A stretch of 64,000 bases of DNA, from IMG/VR virus record IMGVR_UViG_3300047157_000229, positions 38,796 to 102,795 of that record; one strand, given 5' to 3'. The stretch's first letter is position 1. Every line of letters begins with the position of its first letter. Source of the DNA: a virus. Below are positions 30,777 to 42,596 of the stretch, piece by piece. The translations under genes were made by a program, and so were the position numbers. Below the pieces are notes generated by a model, which saw only the letters and a program-made list of their open reading frames with translations, was not told where the DNA came from and searched no databases.

Positions 30777-31685
30777 ATGCTTAACATATCTTTCGAAAAA
30801 AACCCTATCCTTTATAAAGATTACGAGGCTTGCCAAGATATGTTGGCTAGCGTAAAAGATGAGGATTATGAGTATCCAGAACATGTCACTCTATTTCATA
30901 TATATACTGAATTCAGAACAGAAAAAGAGATAGAATGTCTAAAATCTTTTCTAGCCACACAGAACTTAGAAAAATGTAAGCTTATAATTTGGTCAGACTA
31001 TGATATAAATGATAACGAGTTAATTAGACCATATAAACAATATCTAGATTTAAGGTTATGGGATGCAAAAAAAGAAGCTAAAGGCACTATGCTAGAGGGG
31101 ATACCTCACTTAGAGGCTATGGATCATAAGCACTACTTGCAAAGTGATTTACTTAGAATATTAGCGTTGTATAAGTATGGAGGTGTTTGGGTAGATATGG
31201 ATATAATCTTTTTAAGAGATTTTAAACCTATTCTCGATCAAGAATATATGTATCAATGGGGAGGCGATACAGATTTTGCTAACCAAGGTGCTTGCGCTAC
31301 AGTCCTTGCTGGGTTTAAAGAGAGTGAATTTATGTTAAAATTGTTGCAGGGTGTTGTCGAATCAGAAATAATTCCTGCTACTACTGTATGGGGTAAAGAT
31401 TTGTTCGCTTCTCTGTGGAAAAAATGGCCTAATTTTACTATTTTTCCGTCTCCCTTTTTTAATACTGAATGGTTGATTAGCAAGAAAGATATAAAGCTAA
31501 GTGAAGATGTCGAAAACGGTTGGTTTATAAACAATGATATAGGTGATAAACATTTATTTTTAGATTCTTTTGCTTGGCATTGGCACAACTCCAGCAAGAA
31601 AAACTTACCTATAGAAAAAGGTTCGAAATTTTATGCTTTACGAGAATTGACTAACAAAAAGCTCAGGGATAAAAAAATAATATAA
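30777..31685 (+). CDS. GT32 (DxD) glycosyltransferase
   Basis: SDLLRILALYKYGGVWVDMD. Confidence 0.85.
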   Translation: MLNISFEKNPILYKDYEACQDMLASVKDEDYEYPEHVTLFHIYTEFRTEKEIECLKSFLATQNLEKCKLIIWSDYDINDNELIRPYKQYLDLRLWDAKKEAKGTMLEGIPHLEAMDHKHYLQSDLLRILALYKYGGVWVDMDIIFLRDFKPILDQEYMYQWGGDTDFANQGACATVLAGFKESEFMLKLLQGVVESEIIPATTVWGKDLFASLWKKWPNFTIFPSPFFNTEWLISKKDIKLSEDVENGWFINNDIGDKHLFLDSFAWHWHNSSKKNLPIEKGSKFYALRELTNKKLRDKKII

Positions 31686-31698
31686 CTTCAATAAAAAA

Positions 31699-32094
31699 AT
31701 GAATGTAGAAGTAGCTATTGGCGAGATCTTTGATAAGATAACTATCTTAGATATCAAGTTGGAAAAAATTAAAGATAAATCTCGATTATTTTATATTGAA
31801 AAAGAAAAAGATATTTTACAATCAGCTCTGTTGTCTGAAGATGTTAAGCTTGATTCTGGTCTATACCAAGACTTGCGTGAGATTAATGTAAAAATTTGGG
31901 ACACAGAGGCTGGTTTTAGAGATAAAGAATCTAAGAAAGAATTCGATGATCAATTTATTGAGTTTGCTAGATTGAATGCTAAATATAATGATGAGAGGTT
32001 TGTTATGAAAAAAAAGATTAACGAACATTATAATTCTGACATAAGAGAACAGAAATCTTATAACGCTTTATATGAAGAAGATAATTCAAATTGA
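31699..32094 (+). CDS. DUF6165-like protein
   Basis: IGEIFDKITILDIK...IWDTE...NDER...KKKIN...EQKSY. Confidence 0.65.
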   Translation: MNVEVAIGEIFDKITILDIKLEKIKDKSRLFYIEKEKDILQSALLSEDVKLDSGLYQDLREINVKIWDTEAGFRDKESKKEFDDQFIEFARLNAKYNDERFVMKKKINEHYNSDIREQKSYNALYEEDNSN

Positions 32095-33167
32095 ACCTTG
32101 GATTGACAAGCGGGAGCTTAAAGAGTTAAAAAGAGTCATTAAATCCACATTTGTCTCTGAAAATAAACTCAATGAAGAGTTTCAAGATTCTATTAAGAAA
32201 ATAACAGGGTCTAAATATGCAGTCTCAATGACAAATGGCACTGCGGCTATTTTTTGTGCATTAAAAGCTTTAGGAGTGGGCGAAGGGGATGAAGTTATCA
32301 TACCTAATCTTACTTTTATTGCTTCAGCTAATGCTGTTATTTTTGCTGGGGCTACTCCCGTCCTTTGTGACGTAAATGAAAAATCTTTGTGTATGTCATC
32401 GGAGGATGTCTTGAAGGTTATTACTCCAAAAACAAAAGCTATTATGCCAGTGCATCTTTACGGTCAAAGTTGCGATATGGACTCTTTGTTAGATTTGGCG
32501 AAGAAATTTAATTTAAAGATCATAGAAGATGCGGCTCAAGGTATGGGTGTTTTGTATAAAGGTAAACATGTAGGTACATTTGGTGATGTTGGTATATTAT
32601 CTTTTTACGCTAATAAAACAATTACATGTGGAGAAGGTGGAGTAGTGTTGAGTGCAGACGAAAATATAATTCAAGATTGTTATAAGATGAAAAATCATGG
32701 CAGATCTAAAAAAGGGGTTTTTGTCCATGAATCTATAGGTTTTAATTTTTGCTTCACAGAAATGCAAGCTGCCATAGGGATTTCTCAATTAAAAAAATTA
32801 AAAAAAGTAATACATAAAAAGAATAAAATACACAATTTTTATCTTAAAAATATAAACAATAATCTTCTTCGCGAAATACCATTTGATGAGAATACCACAC
32901 CCGTGCATTGGTTTTACTTCTTTTTTGACGGATTATAAAGAAGATTTCAAAAAACATCTAGATTGTAATGGCATACAAGTAAGAGACTTTTTTTACCCGC
33001 TACATAAGCAGCCTTGTTATCAAAACTCAGACTTGGTGGATTGTTCTGCAGAGCTTCCAGTGAGTGAAAAACTTTATAATTGTGGAGTTTCCTTACCTTC
33101 GTCTTATAATATAACCAAAAAAGAACTAAGCCGTGTGTGCGAAGTAATTAATGATTTTAGGATATGA
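32072..33167 (+). CDS. DegT/DnrJ/EryC1 aminotransferase, GDP-perosamine synthase-like (one indel near 32912)
   Basis: NGTAA, IEDAAQ, SFYANKTITCGEGG with catalytic Lys; C-terminus continues in ORF 32883..33167. Confidence 0.85.
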
Positions 33168-34321
33168 TCAACTTAGTAAAAGACACTATATCAGAAGAAG
33201 AAATATTGGAATTGGTAGATTGGTTAAAAACTTCTCCTCAACTCACCAAAGGTAAACTTACTGAAAAATACGAATCCCTCTGGTCAGATAAAATAGGGTG
33301 TAAGTATTCTGTCTTTGTCAACTCAGGATCTTCAGCTCTTTTGATATCTATATACTCTTTGATAGAAAAAGGTCTCTTAAAAAGAGGAGATAGTGTCATA
33401 GTCCCAGCACTGTCTTGGGCTACAGATTTATCTCCAGTAATCCAGCTTGGCCTTAAACCAGTTCTTTGTGATTGCAATCTTAATGATTTATCGGTAGATC
33501 TTGATCATTTACAATATTTGACAGTTAAAGAAAAACCTAAAGCTATGCTTTTGGTATCTGTTCTGGGGTTAGTCCCTGAAATGGATCATATTGTAAACTT
33601 TTGTGAAAACAATGATATCATTCTCATAGAAGATGCTTGTGAATCTTTAGGTTCTTCTTATAAAGGCCGCAAACTAGGTAACTTTGGTTTAATGTCTTGT
33701 TTCTCTACATATTACGGCCATCATTTATCGACTATTGAAGGAGGTATGGTTTGCACTAATGACGAAGATCTTTTTAATTTGTTGAAGTCTCTAAGGAGTC
33801 ATGGTTGGGACCGTGATATGAGCAATGAATATTCAGAGAAGTTAAGGAGAGAGTTTTCTATAGACAGTGAATTCGAATCACAATACAAGTTTTACTATTT
33901 AGGTTTCAACCTTAGATCTACAGATCTACAAGCTTTTTTAGGCATCAATCAACTCAAAAAGTTTGATAAAATAGTCGATAAAAGAAATAAGAATTATTGC
34001 CTTTATAGAGAAGCTTTAACTAATTCTTACTGGCAGTCTCCCGAATCAACAGAAGAAAAATATATTTCCAATTTCGCTTATCCCATCATTCACCCAAATA
34101 GAGATGTCATAACAAAAGAATTAAAAAATAATGATATAGCATCAAGACCTTTAATTTGTGGGTCTTTAGGGAAACAGCCTTTCTGGACAAAAAATTACGG
34201 CCCTTTAGATTTACAAAATGCTGATAAAATTAACGATTGGGGTTTTTATTTACCCAACAATCATGAATTAGAGCCAAGCGAAATAGAAAAAGTAAATAAA
34301 GTAGTAAAATCTGTGTGGTAA
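33164..34321 (+). CDS. PLP-dependent GDP-4-keto-6-deoxymannose 3-dehydratase-like (ColD-like)
   Basis: VNSGSSA, EDACES, FSTYYGHHLSTIEGG (His in place of Lys), RSHGW. Confidence 0.75.
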   Translation: MINLVKDTISEEEILELVDWLKTSPQLTKGKLTEKYESLWSDKIGCKYSVFVNSGSSALLISIYSLIEKGLLKRGDSVIVPALSWATDLSPVIQLGLKPVLCDCNLNDLSVDLDHLQYLTVKEKPKAMLLVSVLGLVPEMDHIVNFCENNDIILIEDACESLGSSYKGRKLGNFGLMSCFSTYYGHHLSTIEGGMVCTNDEDLFNLLKSLRSHGWDRDMSNEYSEKLRREFSIDSEFESQYKFYYLGFNLRSTDLQAFLGINQLKKFDKIVDKRNKNYCLYREALTNSYWQSPESTEEKYISNFAYPIIHPNRDVITKELKNNDIASRPLICGSLGKQPFWTKNYGPLDLQNADKINDWGFYLPNNHELEPSEIEKVNKVVKSVW

Positions 34322-34332
34322 TATATAATAAT

Positions 34333-35474
34333 ATGAAAAATTTAAAAGAGACTTACTATGGAAAAAAAATCGACCATATGAATATACTAAATATCGATGA
34401 CGCGACTAAGTGGTTGCAAGGTAAATCATGTGTTGTGGTTACAGGGGTGACAGGTCAAGATGGTAGTCATATGGTAGACTACTTACTAAAGAATACAGAT
34501 TATGTAGTTTTTGGATGTGTAAGGAGGTTGAGTGTTTATAATCATAAAAATATTTCTCACATCGATGACCAAAGATTTAAACTTATTAATTTTGATTTAA
34601 CTGACGCAAACCTTATCTCTAGAACTATTGAGGCTCTTAAGCCTAAGTATTTTATAAATTTAGCAGCGCAAAGTTTTGTCGGGAGTAGTTGGGATTTTGC
34701 TTTGCAAACATGGGAGACTAATTGCACTTCAGTGCTGAATATTCTTGAGGCTATCAGGAAACATACCCCTGAGTGTAGGCTCTATTACAACGCTGGCTCA
34801 TCAGAAGAATTTGGGGACGTCCTGTATTCGGTCCCTCAATCACGAACTTCACCCTCCTAGACCGCCAAGCAGTCCTTATGGGGCTTCCAAAGCTAGCTTC
34901 TAGGCAGCTATGGTTAAAGTGTGGAGGGACTCCTATGATATCTTTACGCTGTTCAAGGGTGGCTGTTTAACCATGAAGGCACTCGGCGCGGGGAAGAGTT
35001 TGTCACTCGTAAAATAACTAACTAATGTCGCTAGAATTAAGAACGAATATTCCGAAGGCTTGATTATTTTGAGCCTCTTTACAATTAGGTAATATAGATT
35101 CAAAAAGAGATTGGAGCGATGCGGAAGATTTTGTAAAAGGTGATTTGGTTGATGCTAAACCAAGAAGAGACCTAAAGAGTATGTTCTGTCTTCCAATGAG
35201 ACTCACACTATTAGAGAGTTTGTTGAAGAAGCTTTTAATTTTGCTGGGTTTGGTGCAGATAAGTGTCAATGGGTGGGAGAAGGTGTTGAGGAAAAATATA
35301 TTCATGAAGATAAAGTCTTAGTTGAAATCAATCCTTACTTTTATAGACCTGCAGAGGTTGATTTGCTTTTTGGGAGATTCGTCTAAAGCTCGTAAAGATC
35401 TAGGGTGGGAGCCTAAAAGCAGTTTTTTAGATTTGGTTAAAAAAATGGTTGACCATGATTTAGCGCATAGCTAG
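34333..35474 (+). CDS. gmd: GDP-mannose 4,6-dehydratase (multiple indels)
   Basis: VTGVTGQDGS, NLAAQSFV, AGSSEEFG, SPYGASK, LFNHEG.RRGEEFVTRKI, RDW, YRPAEVD across shifting frames. Confidence 0.9.
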
Positions 35475-35482
35475 GCTTCGGC

Positions 35483-35834
35483 GTGAGCAAGCCTAAGCCT
35501 CTTAACAAAAGGGAGATAATCTTCCGATTAATAGAAGTCCCTGATAAGGGCAGGAGGAGTACCTTTTTTGCTAGGGAGATGAAAATGCTTAACGATCTTA
35601 TGTGGTCGTTACTCTCAGGAATTTATGTCCATAGTCTCCTTCGATAAGAAATTTGATTCTTTAGCTTACTTAGTCAGCGATAAACTAAAAGGGACTCTAG
35701 ACGAAAAGTTCAGAGCTTTTAATTTTAGAGTTGACTTATCGAAGTATAAGACCTATGATATAGGCGATAAAGTGGGACCAGATGGTGATGTGTCCCGCAT
35801 CAAGAGAACCATAAAAGACTTTTTAAATGAGTGA
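35483..35834 (+). CDS. Hypothetical protein (indels in 5' part)
   Basis: GTG start MSKPKPLNKREII... joins ORF 35625..35834. Confidence 0.5.
35731..35759 (+). promoter_or_regulatory. sigma70-like promoter upstream of recA
   Basis: TTGACT-17-TATGAT. Confidence 0.5.
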
Positions 35835-36951
35835 TAGCATAAACCCAGCAGGAATCCTTAACAATTTTCTTAAGGCTAATAAGACAGACCATTACAATTT
35901 TGAAGAGACTATAGATTATAAAGTCTCTAGTGGTTCCCTGCAATTTGACATGCATCTTGGAGGAGGCTTCGGTCCTGGATTGCATCGCTTCACAGGAATT
36001 AATGAGGGAGGTAAAACATCTGAGTCTTTGGAGGTTATGAAGAATTTCTTGAAGACAATACCTAAAGCTAGAGGTGTGTACATTAAAGCGGAAGGAAGGT
36101 TGAGTCCAGAGATGCAAAAGAGAAGATCTGGGGTTAAATTCGTTGATCAGACGAATGGAAAGAGGGAACTTGTTTCGTGTATGAGAGTAATATTTATGAA
36201 TCAGCTATGAGTCTAATTAAGGAGTTGATCACCAATAATGACGATAAGAATCAAATATTGTTTCATCGTCGATTCTATTGATGGCTTAATTCAGGAGAGA
36301 TGATTTAGTAAGAGTTTTGAGGACGCTAGTAAAGTGGCGGGTGGTGCATTAATCGCTTCAGATTTTTGTAAAAAGACTAGTGTAGCTTTAGGCAAAGCGT
36401 GGTCACATGGCTATCTTTCATTAGTCAGGTCAGAGCAGATATCAAAATCGATCCATATTCCAAAAGCCCTGTTCGACAAACTACTGCTACAGGAGGTAAT
36501 GCGCTACTGCACTTTGCTAACAATATTCTAGAGTTTGAGCCTAGATTTAAAGGCGATTTCATTTTGCAGAACCCTTCTATCAAGACTCCAGATGTTAAGA
36601 AGAACCCGATAATTGGTCATTTCGCTAAAGTGACAATCAAAAAATCTGCAAACGAAAAGACCAACACGACAATACCTTATCCAATTCGTTATGGTCGCAC
36701 AGGAGGCACATCGATTTGGGTAGAAAAAGAAATTATAGACTATGCTCTATGGATGGGAGTTTATCACTAAAGCTGGGCTTGGTTAAAAGCTACAGATGAT
36801 TTCATGGAGCTTGCTAACTTCTAAAGGTTTTACTTTCCCAGAGAAGATTCAAGGCGAAGCTAAGCTGTTTAAACATATCGAGGAAGATAAGGATCTCAGT
36901 GCATTTTTAATTGAGTATTTTAGAGAACAGGTCGCAGCTGTTGAGGCATGA
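35827..36951 (+). CDS. recA: RecA/UvsX-like recombinase (indels)
   Basis: SSGSLQFDMHLGGG, Walker A GINEGGKTS, YIKAEG, IVDSIDG, FISQVR, TGGNALLHFA. Confidence 0.85.
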
Positions 36952-37357
36952 AGTTCTTTGATGTAAATGGCAAAGAGCGCAATCTTAAAAACGCAAAGAA
37001 GTATTTAATTGATTGGGAAAAGCCTAGCCGTAGTAAATTTCAAACTACTGTAAAACAATTTCTTTACGACTATTGGAAGAATGATATAGTCTTCGAAGAG
37101 TTTAGGGTTGTTGGTAGTAGATTGTCTCTAGACTTTCTATAACGCTAATAAAAAAATTGCTGTAGAAGTTCAAGGCGCACAACACACAAAGTTTGTTAAA
37201 TTCTTCCACAAGAATCGCTTCAAGTATGCAGAGCAGTTAAAGAGAGACATGCAGAAGTTCGATTTCTGCAAAGCTAACGAAATTAAACTAGCAGAGATCT
37301 ATCCTCAAGACGAGATACAAGCTTCAGTATTCAACAGACCAAGATATCTATTTATGA
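36948..37357 (+). CDS. DUF559/Vsr-like endonuclease (indels)
   Basis: LDF.N..KIAVEVQGAQH...RD..KFDFC. Confidence 0.7.
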
Positions 37358-37600
37358 ATTTACCAGATGGCAGCGAAAATCCAGAGTTTTGTATCCCCAT
37401 TGAAATGGTGGAAAAGATTTATGAATTGTCTGGTGGTGCTGATAAATATAAAGGTGTAATCATGGCAGTCTCTTCGGAAAATGGAAAACCTCTGGTTTAT
37501 TGCAAATTTGATTGCAGTATGACGGAGTTTGCCTTAACAAAGGCTTTAGAGAATCATTTCAGAGAGTCCATCTAACGAACTAATTGAAGAAGACATATAG
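37354..37600 (+). CDS. Hypothetical protein
   Basis: MNLPDGSENPEFCIP..., ATGA overlap with the previous gene; 3' end uncertain. Confidence 0.5.
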
Positions 37601-37602
37601 AG

Positions 37603-39123
37603 ATGATATACAATTTTGAATTAGAAAAGCAACTGTTAGCTGGTTTACTCAAAGAGCCAGAAAGCTTGGCTGAGATATCTAATTTTATCAGTAATCTCAG
37701 ACTTTTACTCTAAGCAAAGTTCTCTTGCATTCTGCTGTCTTCCGTATCATACAACAAGCTATTGACGCTGGTGATGAGATTGATGAGATTATCGTAGCTC
37801 AAAGAGTTAATGATTTAGGATTATCCTTTGAGGACAATCTCAATCCTTCTGATTATATTAAGTCTTTGTCGCTCAGGAAAGTCCCAGAAGGTAATATTTT
37901 AAAGACAGCAAAAGAACTTAAAAAGTACTACTATACGAAGAGAGATACTTGAGTCTTCTCAAGAGATAGCTAAGAAGATGAAGAACATCTCACCAGAATC
38001 TTCTTACAGAGAGATTATAGAGGTGGCTGACAATGTTTACAATTCTCGCATTAATCTTTATGAGATCGGCAACGATACGCCAGAAAACATTTATGAGGAG
38101 ATGGAGGCTCTTGTCGAGGAGCGAGGCAACAACCCAGTCACAGAATTCGGAATGATGGGGCCGCATGAAAAGATTAATGATATTTATGGCTCTCTATTGA
38201 GAGCTGGTAATATAACTGTTATCGTAGCGAGGTCTGGTGTAGGTAAGACGCAGTTTTGCATGGATTATTCCACTAAAGTTAGTTTGAAATATGATGTGCC
38301 AGTTCTCCACTTCGACAATGGGGAGATGAGTAAAGAGGAATTAATTATGCGACAGTGCGCGGCTTTGTCTGGAGTTTCGATGCATTTACTTGAGAGTGGT
38401 AAATGGAGAAAAGCTGGTCAAGATGTGGTTGATAAAGTTAGGTCTGTATGGCCTAAAATTGATAAGTTAAAGTTTTTTTACTACAACGTCGGGGGTATGG
38501 ATGTTGACTCTATGGTGAATACATTGAAACGTTTTTATTACTCCAAAGTGGGTAGGGGTAATCAAATGGTCTTTTCTTTTGATTATATTAAAACGACCTC
38601 AGAGAGCAATGGTAACAAATCAGAGTGGCAAGTTGTCGGGGAAATGGTCGATAAGTTTAAAAAGTGTGTGCAGAAAGAAATTCTACACGATGGTAATCCT
38701 ATGATTCCCATGATAACATCTGTGCAATCCAATAGATACGGGATCACTAATAATCGAAACTCTCAGAATGTAGTTGATGATGAGTCTATCGTTTCTTTAT
38801 CGGACCGTATTACTCAGTTCTGTTCTCATATGTTTATTCTTAGAAGTAAGACGGGTGATGAGGTAGAGAGCGAAGGGGAACGATTCGGTACACACAAGCT
38901 TATTAATGTTAAAGCTAGACACTTAGGTAGTGATATAGCTGGAGCTGTAGAACCAGTAAGTATTGGAGATACTCTGAGAAAAAATGCTATTAATTTAAAT
39001 TTTAATAATTTTAATATCACAGAGAGAGGCGATTTAAGAGATATCGCTAGAGTGTTGAATGGAGAAGAGGAATTGCAACAAAATGAACATCAAGAAGAAA
39101 TCCCAGACTTCGATCAATTCTGA
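37603..39123 (+). CDS. dnaB: Replicative DNA helicase (indels in 5' part)
   Basis: N-terminus ELEKQLLAGLL...H..VF; ARSGVGKT, NGEMS, FDYI, VQSNR. Confidence 0.9.
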
Positions 39124-40170
39124 AGACTTCCAAGGAATCTTAGAGTCGATAGGTTACACTTTAATTGATTGTGGTGATCATTGGAGAACTCAAGCTCTAT
39201 ATCGAGATGGTGATAACAAAACTGCACTTAAGATTTACAAAAATACTGGCGTTTGGATGGACTTTGTCCAAAACAGGGGGAGTAAACCTTTTGAGGCTCT
39301 TATAGAACTCACGACTAAAGACAAAAAAGAAACAGAAGCCATCCTAGCTAACTCATATACAGATGAGGTTTCGACATATCAACCTAATGAAAAGATCCAG
39401 ATGGAAAGAATATATCCATGACTCGTCCTTAGAGAGAGCTATTCCCTAACTATCACTTCTATCAGGGTAAGAAACATATCTGAAGAAACCCAAAAGGCTT
39501 TTCAAGTAGGATTAGCGGGGGTTGGTAAAGATGTATAGGCGAATGGTTTTCCCTGTTTATAACGAACACAATCAAATTATTGGATTCTCAGGTAGACATG
39601 TGGAGTCTAATAATGATAAGTGGAAGCATCTTCCTAAATGGAAACATGTAGGGAAGCGAAACAACTGGGTCTACCCAGCTTTTAACACTGCGACAGGGGT
39701 CGATGAAGAGATAGAGTTTAAAAAAGAAGTAATTTTAGTAGAAAGTATAGGTGATGCGCTGGCTCTTTACGAACAAGGACATTAGGAACGTTCTTGTCAT
39801 TTTTGGCTTGTCCGTTAATAGTAATATTGTCAATTACCTTAGTAGCAGGGCTGTTAATCGCATATATATTGCTACAAATAACGACTAACAATGGCAGCAG
39901 TGAAAATAGAGGGCTTATTGCAGCCTTGAAAAGTTTTTTGAAATTGTCTAACTATTTCGATCTTGGGTCTTTAAGTGTAAAATTTCCGCCTAAGCCGTAT
40001 AATGATTTCGGTGATGCTCATTTAGACGGCTGCGACATTAAGAAAGACTGGTTGAAAAATCAATAGATCAAGATGCACAATTAAACTTTATTTGCGATTT
40101 TGTTAAAAACAACCCTTCTAGCTTCACTAAAAAAGAAGTAAAAACAGCCTTGTTGCTAAGTAATGACTGA
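39083..40170 (+). CDS. dnaG: DNA primase (indels)
   Basis: RMVFPVYN...IIGFSGR, PKW, TOPRIM VILVESIGDALAL, YNDFGD. Confidence 0.85.
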
Positions 40171-41188
40171 ACCTCAAACACCTCTTATCTGCTAGTCGAA
40201 TTAAAACAGCTCAATCTTGTTCTTGGCTTTATTGGTGTAAGTATAAACTAGGTCTTCCAGAAAAGAGTAATGATGGAGCTAGAAGAGGTTCTATATGTCA
40301 CTTGGTTTTTGAAGTTCTTGGTGTTCCAAAGAGAAAAGAAGTATTTTGATAAAATAATTAAGACTCAAGATGTTTTTTCTGTCCCGTCCATCAAACGTTT
40401 ATTTTTAAACATGCTGAGAAAGAGGGGGTAGATGATGAAGAGAACATAGAGATGATGAAGGAGATGATCTTCAATGGCCTCTCTTATGATTTCTTTGGAG
40501 GTGATTTTCTGAACCAACAGAAGAGTATTCTGAGAAAGATTTTGATATTGTCAAGAACGACGGTGAGATCAGTTACAAAATTAGAGGCTTTATAGATAAA
40601 CTCTTTCTTTATAAGGACCAAAAATTTGCTTTGATTAGGGATTTTAAAACTAGTAAAGATGTATTCAAAGGAAAAGACCATACTGATAATTTGCAGGACT
40701 TAATGTATAGCTTAGCTGTAAGAGATCTGTTCCCAGAATACGCTAATAGAGTTAGTGAGTTTCTTTTCTTAAAGTTCGATTTAGACTTGAAAGCAAAAAA
40801 AACAGGTATTGTCAGGATGGAGCCACTTGATCCTGATGAGCTAGTAGGTTTTGAGTTGCAGCTTACGGAGATACAAAAATATCTCGACAATTTTACAGAG
40901 AGAGACGCAAAATACAACTTCGCTGCTCGTAAAGGCTTTCCTTCTGACAGTTCCTTTAGTGGGAAGTTGCTCTGTGGCTTCGCTACTAAAAAGGGGGAAC
41001 TCAAAAAAGATGGCAATCCAAAATGGCATTGCTCTATGAAATTTGATTTCTTTTATTACGAGGTCTACAACTCAGAAGGGAAAACAGTCAAGTGTTACTT
41101 CGAAGAGGATTTCTCTGAAGATCTCGTCCCTAAAGGGGGGAAATATGAGATCAGATATTATAAGGGTTGCCCAGCACATTGTTCTTGA
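40163..41188 (+). CDS. PD-(D/E)xK (RecB/AddB-like) exonuclease (indels in 5' half)
   Basis: LSASRIKTAQSC, RGSICH, RGFIDKL, IRDFKT, Q..MY, C-terminal Cys residues. Confidence 0.85.
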
Positions 41189-41212
41189 CTCGTAAGTCTA
41201 GGCTTGTATAGT
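41185..41212 (+). promoter_or_regulatory. sigma70-like promoter of the DNA polymerase operon
   Basis: TTGACT-16-TATAGT, 6 nt before ATG 41219. Confidence 0.55.
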
Positions 41213-41218
41213 TGGGTC

Positions 41219-41971
41219 ATGGTCCCAGTATTCAAATCTACTTTCTCTATAGGGAAAAGTATTTTAACATTAGACGAGGCAGAGAAGGACGGCGGTCCTG
41301 ATAGCATCTTATCGATATGCGAAGAAAACAATATTAAGAATCTTGTATTAGTTGAAGACTCTATGACAGGTTTTGTTACTGCTCATAATAGGTGTAAAGA
41401 GAGAGACATGAATTTAGTTTTTGGGCTTAGGATTACATGTTGCAACGACGTAAATGAGGATGATGATTCTGATCATAAAATTGTAATTTTTGCTAACGAT
41501 GACGATGGATGCAGACTATTATATAGAATCTATTCATATGCTTATACTAGTAATAGCGGGAAAGTAGATTTCAATTTCTTGAATTCATTATGGAGTGATA
41601 GTGTCGATTTAGTTATTCCATTTTATGATTCTTTTATATATAATAATAGTCTGCATTTAAAAAAATGTGTCCCTAGCTTCTCAAAAATTAACCCTGTTTT
41701 TTGGGTGGAGGACAACTGCTTACCTTTTGATAAATTGCTATCACGTAAAGTAAAAAAGTTTGCAGATAATATGGGGGCTAAATGCAAAGATGTAAAAAGT
41801 ATTTTCTATAAAAAAAGAGAAGATGTCGAAGCATTACAGACATACAAGATACTATGCAATAGAAACTTTGGTAAAGCAGCTACTCTGAGTAGTCCAAATT
41901 TAAATCATTTTGGTAGTCAAGAGTTCTGTTTCGAGTCATACTTAGAGAAGAAAGAGGTAGCTAATGGATGA
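41219..41971 (+). CDS. Stand-alone DnaE N-terminal PHP domain (degenerate)
   Basis: FKSTFS..SIL, LVEDSMTGF, LVFGLRI, HKIVIFANDDDG..LL..IYS align to the DnaE PHP domain; His ligands lost. Confidence 0.75.
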   Translation: MVPVFKSTFSIGKSILTLDEAEKDGGPDSILSICEENNIKNLVLVEDSMTGFVTAHNRCKERDMNLVFGLRITCCNDVNEDDDSDHKIVIFANDDDGCRLLYRIYSYAYTSNSGKVDFNFLNSLWSDSVDLVIPFYDSFIYNNSLHLKKCVPSFSKINPVFWVEDNCLPFDKLLSRKVKKFADNMGAKCKDVKSIFYKKREDVEALQTYKILCNRNFGKAATLSSPNLNHFGSQEFCFESYLEKKEVANG

Positions 41972-42596
41972 ATCATTATTAAGGTTTGATAAGAACCAAA
42001 AATATTTAGTTTTTGATACAGAGACTGAAGGTTTGAACTTAATCAGGTCAAGACCTTGGCAGGTTGCTTGGTTAGTGGTAGAGGGAGGTAAGATCTTGGA
42101 GAAGCACGATATGTTTCTGGATTGGCCGAACTTAGATGTCTCAGCGGGTGCAGCTAAGATCACAGGTTTTACTATGAAAGAGTATAATAAGAGAAAAGAA
42201 AGCCCTCGGAAGGTCTGGGAGAAGTTCTCTAAGAATCTTTACGATAAGGATACTTTTATCGTAGGTCAAAATTTATTAGGGTTCGACGTTTATATGGTTA
42301 ATATTTGGCGTGAGTTAATGAAATTAGAGGCTGATTACTCATATGTAGAACGCATTATTGATACTAGAGCTTTAGCTGTTGCTATAGCCAAAGATATTCC
42401 AGTAGATAAAGACGATTTTATCAGTTGGCAGTATAGACTTATAAATCATAGGGAAAGAAAGCTAAAAACATCTCAAGCTTTCTTGCTTAAAAAATACAAT
42501 ATAGATCATGACCCCAAACGATTGCATGATGCTCTTTACGACATTGAGATGAATTTTAAAGTTTTCCGTAAACAGCTCTTTGACTTAGAAATATGA
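41964..42596 (+). CDS. DEDDh 3'-5' exonuclease (DnaQ-like)
   Basis: FDTETEG, GQN..GFD, IDT, HDALYD. Confidence 0.9.
   Translation: MDESLLRFDKNQKYLVFDTETEGLNLIRSRPWQVAWLVVEGGKILEKHDMFLDWPNLDVSAGAAKITGFTMKEYNKRKESPRKVWEKFSKNLYDKDTFIVGQNLLGFDVYMVNIWRELMKLEADYSYVERIIDTRALAVAIAKDIPVDKDDFISWQYRLINHRERKLKTSQAFLLKKYNIDHDPKRLHDALYDIEMNFKVFRKQLFDLEI

Noticed and set aside
34333-41188. True pseudogenes of a decayed prophage
   Set aside because: Catalytic motifs are intact, no integrase or host genes are seen, and the error pattern is localised single-base indels.
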